From the NCBI GenBank assembly GCA_950097015.1, contig CATNEN010000039.1:6014001-6078000 (forward strand): a DNA stretch of 64,000 bases, read 5' to 3'. The notes below the pieces were generated by a model that was not told the DNA's origin, did not search any database, and saw only the letters and a list, made by a program, of their open reading frames with translations. Source of the stretch: Macrostomum hystrix (Eukaryota > Animalia > Platyhelminthes). Shown here in pieces: positions 50,965-60,150 of this stretch; position 1 is the stretch's first letter; every line of letters starts with the position of its first letter. The translations under genes were made by a program, and so were the position numbers.

Positions 50965-51665
50965 CATGGACGAATGAATAGAATGGATTGCTATTCTGGC
51001 TCTGGCTATTTTCGTTTTTGACTCTTTTGCATCCGGTTCCCCCCGTGCCTTTTCATTGGTTGATGATTGCCATAGACAATTTTCGGTCTTCGCCCCTTTC
51101 TTTCGATGCACAAGCGCAAAGAACTGATTTTATTGTAGACGAATCGACTCTCGAATCGTGCTTGTAGGTCTTCCCCCTTTATTTCAAAACACGAGCGAAA
51201 GCAACTGAGAATTTAAAGTAGACAAATCGACTGATTCGTGCTTAGAGGCTTGTTTAGACGTTCTTTTGTTGTTTACTCACTGTTTATTTTACTTTTATCA
51301 CTGCCATGCCTAATGGCTCAAAGCGCTACTGTGCTGCACTAGAATGTCTGTCCAAGTCAGGGATGCGGGACGACACTGGAGTGAACATCAGCTTCTTTTC
51401 TTTTCCTGTCAAATCTCCACTTCAACTGACCGAATGGATGAGCAATGTGAAGATGGCATCGCAGTTTGTCTTGACAGAGAGCTCAGTATTGTGTTCTACA
51501 TTCTCAGTTCTTTGCGCTTGTGCATCGAAAGAAAGGGGCGAAGACCAAAAATTGTCTATGGCAATCATCAACCAATGAAAAGGCACGGGGGAACCGGATG
51601 CAAAAGAGTCAAAAACGAAAATAGCCAGAGCCGGAATAGCAATCCATTCTATTCATTCATCCATG
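50965..51665. mobile_element. Non-autonomous foldback DNA element: ~163-bp inverted arms (50965-51127 and 51504-51665) around a truncated THAP-domain ORF
   Basis: Arms are near-perfect reverse complements with CATG termini. ORF 51306 reads YCAALEC...SFFSFP...W...VLCS, a THAP pattern cut off before the His. No TSD seen. Confidence 0.75.
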
Positions 51666-51892
51666 GATTGACAATACTCGTATTAGCTCATTGAAAAAAA
51701 TAGTTTTGCGTGCGCAATTAACACCCATCATTTACCGTCGCGTGGAATGTATTGTTTATCACTTCATAGCTCGTGCCATTTACTGCAGCTTATAAATAAT
51801 AAATAAAATAATAAAAAGCTGAACCGCCGCATCAGATTTCATATCTAGACAGAGTGCAACAGTTCTGCGTTCTGCATACTTTGTAGCATTAT

Positions 51893-52500
51893 TTCGTATG
51901 AAATTCGAGGGAAATCCTGTGTGAACTTCGAGGGAAATCGCATATGATATTCAAGGGAAATCCTACATGAGATTTCAGGTAAATCCTATATCAGATTTCA
52001 GGGAAATCCTACATGATATTTGAGGGAATTCCTACATGATATTTGAGGGAATTCCTACATTAGATTTGAGGGAAATCCCAGATGAATTTCGAGGGAAATC
52101 CTATATGTGAACTTCGAGGGAAATCGCATATGATATTCAAGGGAAATCCTACTTGAGATTTAAGGGAAATCCTACGAGATTTGAGGGAAATCCTACATGA
52201 GATTTGAGGGAAATCCTACATTAGATTTGAGGGAAATCCCAGATGAAACTCGAGGAACCCGATGTGTGAAAGGCAAATCCGAATAAGAAGTCTAAGGGAA
52301 TCCCAACAGAGAAATTATAGGTAATTCCCAACGGGGGAGTCCAGGGAAATCCCAACAAACGAAGTCTCGGGAAATTCCAATGGATGAGTCCAGGGAAATC
52401 CCAACAGAGGAAGTCTCGGGAAATTCCAACGCAGGAGTCCAGGGAAATCCCAACAAAGGAGTCTCGGGAAATTCCAACGGGGGAGTCCAGGGAAATCTCT
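51893..52500. repeat. Degenerate ~23-bp repeats (gagggaaatcctacatgagattt; agtccagggaaatcccaac)
   Basis: Direct. Confidence 0.85.
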
Positions 52501-53234
52501 ATGCGGAAGTGAAACGATGCATAAAGTATACAGCTTAAACCAGTTGAAATGATTAATGAAAACGGTTACGCATATAAGCTCGTGCATCAGTTAAGAATAT
52601 GAAGACAGCGTAACTGTGTAGCTCAATCTAAAAAAGTAATTTGTAATCTTGTATTAATAAGACTAAATAATTCGCACTTATTTAGCATATTTAAAGTGTG
52701 TAGATACTCGCGGACGGTTTTGTGATAACGCTAGAAGACTGGGAACAACTCAACAGATAAACAAATAAAAGAAGTAGACGAGAGGCGAAATTAAAAGTAC
52801 ATACGACATCAGGAGATAGTCCAATAGTAAAAAATATGTGAAAGTTTTTAAGGACGAAAAACACGTTACCCTGGATTGTGGAAAAGAATTAAATTTCAGC
52901 TTGCGGGATTTCAAGGTGCAAATGTCCTGCGATCACGCAGTAAATACGGAATGTCAGAAGTAATCGTGTGTATAATAAATAGCATGCGGAAATTGTGCAG
53001 CCAAGCACAGCCCGAGAGTTAAAAAAATCACAGTTACAATAAATATGAATACAAAGAACATATAGAAATATAATTCGTACTACTTGCACAACGTTTTAAA
53101 CCAAAACGTGGAGTCGGAAAATTTCTAATTTATCTGCATTTACGTCAGGTTAAACAACCACTTCATTCCAAGGCGCTCAGCGAATAAGACTCCAGCACGA
53201 ATTAACAAAGTTGCGCGATGATTCTTCAGCGTAA

Positions 53235-53437
53235 AACACCCACCTCACTCCGAGCCTCAGCCAATGGGAGGCTCGGCACGGTTTACCACAACTGCCCCGA
53301 AAATAAATCAAGCCTAGAACACCCACCTCAGAGCCTCAGCCAATGAGAGACTCGGCACGATTTTTCACAACTGCCCCGAAAATAAATCAAGCCTAGAACA
53401 CCCACCTCACTCCGAGCCTCAGCCAATGAGAGACTCC
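53235..53437. repeat. ~80-bp tandem repeat, 2.5 copies, containing agccaatg
   Basis: Direct. Confidence 0.8.
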
Positions 53438-53584
53438 GAAATGATCAAACGAATTTCTACTATTTAAGTTTATAATTATAGAGTTTAAACAACTGAGCCT
53501 ATTAAAGACGAAATGACAACTAGTACAACAAGTTTCAACTATCAATTGCTTCTGCTCCACCAACAGTCTCTAACGTGAACAGTT

Positions 53585-56500
53585 TTACAAATCGTTGTCG
53601 GCGCTAACTCGCGGCTTCAGCATGCGGCTTAGACGCGCCTGGCCTATAGATGACGTCATAGATGAGATGGCCTCGTTTAAATTGGCCTTCTTGGCCAGAT
53701 CCAACGGGGTTTGATTTCTACCGTTCGGTTTGCCGATGTCGGCGCCGTATCTGGGACAAATTATAAATAGGCCATAAATAACATAATATTTGCTGGGGCG
53801 CTGCGGGCAGTGGCACATCATTTGGTGACAGTAGACCCGCAGCCAGCGAGGAGGCAATTCTGCCCATTTCGCTGACTCCTGAGCACACGGGCACACAGAT
53901 ACCGTACGCAGGTAGGCACAAACAAAGGCGTTTACACCTGCCCCGACTTTCTCAACATCAGGCAGTGTTGGCCGCATATTGAACGTAAATTGCATGACTT
54001 CTCTCCGCGGTTGCACCCCAAATTAATGTGGCCTCACCGCGGAATCGAGCTCAGGGACCTTGGCGCGAGAGGCAAACGCGTTAACCGCTCTGCCACCCAA
54101 CCTGCCACTGCCAAGGCAATAAATTAAAGATGGCCACAGATTACTCGTATTTATCGAAGCAAATTAGCATGGCACAATACGTTAAAGACTTACTTAAGCA
54201 GCAAATCAACAATGGCCTGGCCATCATAGCCCTTCATTACGGCTTCGTGCAGTGGCGTATTGCCCTTCCTGCGTTGCGGAAAGAGAAACTCAAAATGAGC
54301 TCAACGTAAAATTATTGTGAGGAGCTAGCAATAACTGTGGAACTTGAGTCTGCAGAGACACTGCAACTAGTTAAATAGAACTTCGGACTAATACGACTCG
54401 GACTCAGTGAATTTGCACCGTGCTCACTCTTTGCCAGCTGTGTTGACTTCGGCGCCCAGGTCCAGCAGCTCTTTGGCTGCGTCGTAGTGCAGATTGCGCA
54501 CGGCAACGCTGAGCACAGGTACTCCGTTGGCGTTGAAGGCTTTGGGATCTGCCGACTGAGCAGTGGGGAATCGGCGTAGTGGGGTTTTGTTAGTTTTTTC
54601 AACCATAGGTCAGTAATCAGTAATATGAAAGACAACAGACTGCTCAGTCATCCACCAGCATGACCCACTTCAAACCTAGGGTCATCCACCAGCATGATCC
54701 ACTTCAAACCTAGGTTCATCCACCAGCATGACCCACTTCAAACCTTGGGTCATCCACCAGCATGATCCACTTCAAACCTTGGGTCATCCACCAGCATGAC
54801 CCACTTCAAACCTAGGGTCATCCACCAGCATGACCCACTTCAAACCTTGGGTCATCCACCAGCATGATCCACTTCAAACCTTGGGTCATCCACCAGCATG
54901 ACCCACTTCAAACCTAGGGTCATCCACCAGCATGACCCACTTCAAACCTAGGGTCATCCACCAGCATGATCCACTTCAAACCTTGGGTCATCCACCAGCA
55001 TGACCCACTTCAAACCTAGGGTCATCCACCAGCATGACGCACTTCAAACCTAGGGCATCCACCAGCATGACCCACAACAAACCTTGGGTCATCCATCAGC
55101 ATTGCCTACTACAAACTAGAATCACCTGTTCAGTCACCAGGCTGCGAATCTCATCCGGCCTGCCTTCGCCCTTGGCGCCGCACTCGCGAAACAGAGCCTT
55201 GTCAGCCGGCTGTGAACGGAAAGCATTGAGGGCATTGGGTTTAGGACTAGACACATGAGCAGAACCATCATGAGTGAAATTAACTTTAAGGCCAGAAGAA
55301 CTGAATGCCTTTGAGGGAAAATCTAACGATAAAAAATCTGCCCCTGAAGAACATGACCCATGTCCCTGAGGCCCTGAAGGGACATGGAGTGAGGTCAGTC
55401 CCTGAAGAAACTAAGAAGGCTACCCTGAGGCCCTGAAGGGACATGGAGTGAGGTCAGTCCCTGAAGAAACTAAGAAGGCTACCCTGAGGCCCTGAAGGGA
55501 CATGGAGTGAGGTCAGTCCCTGAAGAAACTAAGAAGGCTACCCTGAGGCCCTGAAGGGACATGGAGTGAGGTCAGTCCCTGAAGAAACTAAGAAGGCTAC
55601 CCTGAGGCCCTGAAGGGACATAGAGAGATTAGCCCCAAAAGAATCAAAGAAGGTTACTCAAATTTTTAAAAGAGAACAGGCAAGCTCACATTCATCTCCT
55701 CCGCGTCAGACTTTCTGGCACTCTTTTTCGCAGCTGAGCCGGTCGCCTTCTTAGCAGAGCGCCTCTCTGAGCGCCGCGTGTCCCGGTCGTTGCCAACTGA
55801 AACAAGGCCGTGTGAGAAGCGAACAGAGAGTGAGAACTGAGATAGGATTGACAACACTGAGAGTCAGACTCCTCAGTCAGTGAGTCAGAAACCTCAGTCA
55901 GAGAGTCAGAAACCTCAGTCAGAGAGTCAGAAACCTCAGTCAGAGATTCAGACACCTCAGTCAGAGAGTCAGACACCTCAGTCAGAGAGTCAGACACCTC
56001 AGTCAGAGCGTCAGACACCTCAGTCAGAGAGTCAGACACCTCAGTCAGAGAGTCAGATCCATCAGTCAGAGAGTCAGATCCATCAGTCAGAGAGTCAGTT
56101 CCATCAGTCAGAGAGTCAGATCCATCAGTCAGAAAGTCAGATCCATCAGTCAGAAAGTCAGATCCATCAGTCAGAGAGTCAGATCCATCAGTCAAAGAGG
56201 CAAAGAAAATCAACCAACCAGATTCGTCGTCGTCGCTCCTGTACATTTCGTCGCCGTAGGCAACATAGTCCTCGTCCTCATATTCTTCATCGAAGCCGCC
56301 GCCGTAGCCGTTGCGGTGCCGTGGCGGCTGGCGCGGCTGCGGAGCTCTGGCCAGCTCGCGCTCGTCTCGCAGCGCGAACTCCAGGCTGACCAGCAGGCGG
56401 TCGCCGGCGGTCTCGGAGACACGGCTGCGCACCAGGCGCTCCATTCGCGGCGTGCCAATGGCGGCGCGGAACTCCGGGCTGGAGTCGGCGTGCAGCTGGA

Positions 56501-57095
56501 GAGAAGGCATTTTTTAGGGATAATTTGACTGGAATAATGTGTCCACACCCTCACGCTCTTATCTCACCCTCATTCTCTTATCTCACCCTCATTCTCTTAT
56601 CTCACCCTCATTCTCTTATCTCACCCTCATTCTCTTATCTCACCCTCATTCTCTTATCTCACCCTCATTCTCTTATCTCACCCTCATTCTCTTATCTCAC
56701 CCTCATTCTCTTATCTCACCTTCATTCTCTTATCTCACCCTCATTCTCTTATCTCACCCTCATTCCCTTATCTCACCCTCATTCTCTTATATCAACCTCA
56801 TTCTCATATTTCCCCCTCATTCTCTTATCTCAACCTCATTCTCATATCTCATCTTCCTTCTTCTCATATCTAAACCTCACTCTCATATCTCAACCTCACT
56901 CTCATATCTCAACCTCATTGTTTGACTTATCTAAATCCATCAGGCCTAGATGATAACTGACCTTCAGGTGGGCCAAAATGTGCTCTAGTTGTCGACGCCA
57001 GTAGCCACGACCAGGGCTCACTGTAGTTAAAAACACGGGCGGTATCGGCTGCTGCTGCTGCTGCTGCTGCCCATTGGGACCGCCTAGAAGCTGCC

Positions 57096-57129
<34 letters not shown>

Positions 57130-59351
57130 AAGCGATCCGGCCACCTGCTGATTTCGCAGCTCGCAAAGTTCCGCCTCTAATTTTCTCAGCTCCAAAGCTG
57201 ACGGATACAGTAGGCCGACCGTCTGGGTCCCCACGTCCAGCATTGGCACTGGCGGAGGTCGCGGTGCCGCCTGCAGCAGCGGCTGCCTGCTGCCTGCCAG
57301 TGACAGGCTGAAGCCGGTTGCCGACGCTGCAGACGCTAGTGGCCGGCCGCAGCAGTCACAGTAGAATGCGTCAGGCCGCCCGGTGGCCAGCCGACGGCAG
57401 TGCTGGCAGAAGCTTGGACCCGGCAGTGCCAGCTGAGGCGGCGGCGGCGGTGGCGGCGGAGGCGCCGCGAATGGCAGGTCGCAGACAACGCATTTGGCCA
57501 ATCCGAGTGGCACCTGCTTGGCACAGTGCGGGCACGGACCGTGCGGCTGCGGCAGAGACATGTGCCCGCTTCTGAATGGAAGATGTGGAGACAGAGTTTA
57601 ACTAGATGTACCGATAAAAATCGATTACTCTTAAAAGTGTTTCAGTCACTTTAGGGTCTAGGTTTTTATAATGAAAAATAATAACAAGCGACTGAAAACG
57701 ACTTAAGAGCATCTTGGATGACAAACTTTGATTGGTAGAGAAAAGAAGTGCTGGAGTTTTTAGAGAAGTATACGAGGTATTAGTCGTTAAAGAAGTGTTT
57801 GAGTCGTCATAGAAGCGTTTGAGTCGTCACAGAAGCGTTTGAGTCGTCATAGAAGCGTTTGAGTCGTCACAGAAGCGTTTGAGTCGTCATAGAAGCGTTT
57901 GAGTCGTCAGAGAAGCGTTTGAGTCGTCAGAGAAGCGTTTGAGTCGTCAGAGAAGCGTTTGAGTCGTCAGAGAAGCGTTTGAGTCGTCACAGAAGCGTTT
58001 GAGTCGTCATAGAAGCGTTTGAGTCGTCATAAAAGTGTTTGAGTCGTTAAAGAAGTGTTTGGGTCCTCATAGAAGCGTTTGAGTCGTTAGGGAAGCTTTT
58101 GAGTCGTCATAGTGGAGCTGAGTTTGGCGCAGAATTAGTAACCAACTGAAAAAGACTGAGAAACTCGAACATCTGGCACTCAACAGTCGGTACGCAGTTG
58201 GATTACGAACCCATTGGAGGCGGCGCCGCCAATGCCAACTCCAGGCGGCTGCCTGGTCCAGTCGATTGGCCGTCGCTCCAGCTCCAACGGCAGATCGGCG
58301 TCGTCCTCCATGCCGCCGCTGCCGAGGCACCAGGCGTCGTCAGCAATGCCAGCGCCGATGCGTTCGCCTGTAGCGACCGAGCGTCGAACCCGAGACTGCT
58401 CTGCCGATTGTCTATGATGTCGAATTGGCGCCGGTTGCGACGGCCGCAGGTCCTCCAGAAACGCGAATCCGTCCTCTTGGCCGAAGCTAGCGGCATCGGA
58501 GTCGAAAGCAGTCGGCGGCTGAGGACCTTCAGCTGCTTCTACGTCGAAAGTCTTGGTCACAATTGTGGACTCGCTTCTGCCGTCTCTGCTTTCAATTAAA
58601 CAGGGAAATTAAGCAGTTTGGCTTCTCTCAAACGCCTCTTAAGTACTCATTTTGTAAGAGTTCAATACTTCTATATAGACTCAAATGCTTCTCTGTGGAC
58701 TCAAAACCTTCTCTAAGGGCTCAAATACTTCTCTGTGGACTCAAAACCTTCTCTAGGGGCTTAAATACTTCTCTGTGGACTCAAAACTTTCTCTAAGGGC
58801 TCAAATAATTCTCTGTGGACTCAAAACTTTCTCTATGGACTCAAACGCTTTTCTATAGACTCAAAACCTTTTTTATGGACTTAAATGCTTCTCTATGCAC
58901 TCATAAAGAGGAATATGCTTATTTAATGACTAAAACGCTTCTCTAACGTCGCATCTTTAGCGAGTCAATATAGTTTCGTTTAAGACGCATTTTAAGTTGC
59001 TAGTTTGAAAAGCTTCTAAGACATGTTAAACGCTACTAAAACAAGTCAGCCAATAAAAATTAGAAAGAATAAAATGACATTAAAGCTGTCTCACTTTGAA
59101 TAAGCCACCGCTCTGATGGTTCGCTTGCCTGGCGGCAGTGGAAACGGCTGTCTATATTTGAACGTGGCCCGCTTGCCCATAGCCGAGAATGGCTGCGGCT
59201 TGCTGCCGTCAATAGTGAAGAAAATGTTTGCCCCGCTGGTCTCAGTGGCCAGCTCAATGCGGGTCAGACTGTCAATCACCGACTTTGGCTGGCCGGGCAC
59301 CGGCGGCCTCAGCGGAATGATCACCGGCGCGTGTACTTTGCCAGCCGTCAT
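53585..59351 (-). CDS. DZANK1: Double zinc ribbon and ankyrin repeat protein 1. Exons 59351-59095, 58588-58211, 57571-56962, 56495-56219, 55796-55690, 55209-55126, 54555-54428, 54268-54194, 53750-53585 (~693 aa)
   Basis: MTAGKVHAPVIIPLR...IFFTIDGSKP, CxxC ribbons, DVGTQTVGLLYPS, VSPGRGYWRRQLEHILAHLK, and ankyrin GNTPLHEA / QTPLDLA. All nine exons join in phase (2082 nt) at GT-AG junctions. Confidence 0.9.
53779..54102 (-). mobile_element. tRNA-derived SINE copy 4 (last DZANK1 intron), internally deleted
   Basis: Reverse complement has the head GGTGGCAGAGCGGTTAACGCG...CTCGATTCC and the same body and 3' end. Confidence 0.85.
54645..55101. repeat. 32-bp minisatellite (gtcatccaccagcatgacccacttcaaacctwgg) in DZANK1 intron 6
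   Basis: Direct. Confidence 0.95.
55364..55621. repeat. 59-bp minisatellite in DZANK1 intron 5
   Basis: About 4.3 identical units of ccctgaggccctgaagggacatggagtgaggtcagtccctgaagaaactaagaaggcta. Confidence 0.95.
55858..56194. repeat. 21-bp minisatellite (cagtcagagagtcagacacct/atccat) in DZANK1 intron 4
   Basis: Direct. Confidence 0.95.
56545..56918. repeat. 19-bp minisatellite (ctcaccctcattctcttat) in DZANK1 intron 3
   Basis: Direct. Confidence 0.95.
57782..58112. repeat. 20-bp minisatellite (agaagcgtttgagtcgtcat) in DZANK1 intron 2
   Basis: Direct. Confidence 0.95.
58660..58905. repeat. Degenerate 20-bp minisatellite (ggactcaaaaccttctctgt) in DZANK1 intron 1
   Basis: Direct; related, in inverted orientation, to the intron 2 unit. 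Confidence 0.85.
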
Positions 59352-59687
59352 GTTGGACGCAGATGGGGCTGCAAGAAGTTCAAGTCAATGTTTTTTTAAG
59401 GGAAGAACAGAACCCATCATTTTGATACTACTATGAGTAGAAATATAGGAGAAATGCAAATTGTAAATTTTATTTCCTCAGAATAAACATTAAAAAAAGA
59501 AATAACAAAAAGCTGTCGTTTAAAAGGAAATATTCTCGTATATTTAAAATTAACCTCTGAGTACCAACTCAATAACTGAGGTACCAATACAGTTTTGCTA
59601 ATCTTTATTTATCTGACTAGCCATGATGGTCATTGAAACAATGGAAGAAGCATACAGCGCAAATGCAGGTTTAGGTTTTTTATGCAA

Positions 59688-60102
59688 ACATCCGTCATTC
59701 AAAAACATCAGAGACGCACAGCCCTCATTCAGGACCATCAGAGACACACATCACTCATTCAGGACCATCAGAGACACACATCTGTCATTCAGGACCATCA
59801 GAGACACACATCACTCATTCAGGACCATCAGAGACATACATCTGTCATTCAGGACCATCAGAGACACACATCTGTCATTCAGGACCATCAGAGACACACA
59901 TCTGTCATTCAGGACCATCAGAGACACACATCTGTCATTCAGGACCATCAGAGACACATCCCTCATTCAGGACCATCAGAGACACATCCCTCATTCAGGA
60001 CCATCAGAGACACATCCCTCATTCAGGACCATCAGAGACACACATCTGTTAATCAGGACCAGAGACACACAGCCCTCATTCAGGACCATCAGAGACACAC
60101 AT
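59688..60102. repeat. 27-30-bp minisatellite (tcattcaggaccatcagagacacaca) in the presumptive 3' UTR of the Parkin-like gene
   Basis: Lies between the stop (60151) and a minus-strand AATAAA at ~59604-59609. Confidence 0.92.
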
Positions 60103-60150
60103 CCGCCCCACATTATCACCAGAGAGGCAGATTTTTGAGTCAGGAGAGAA

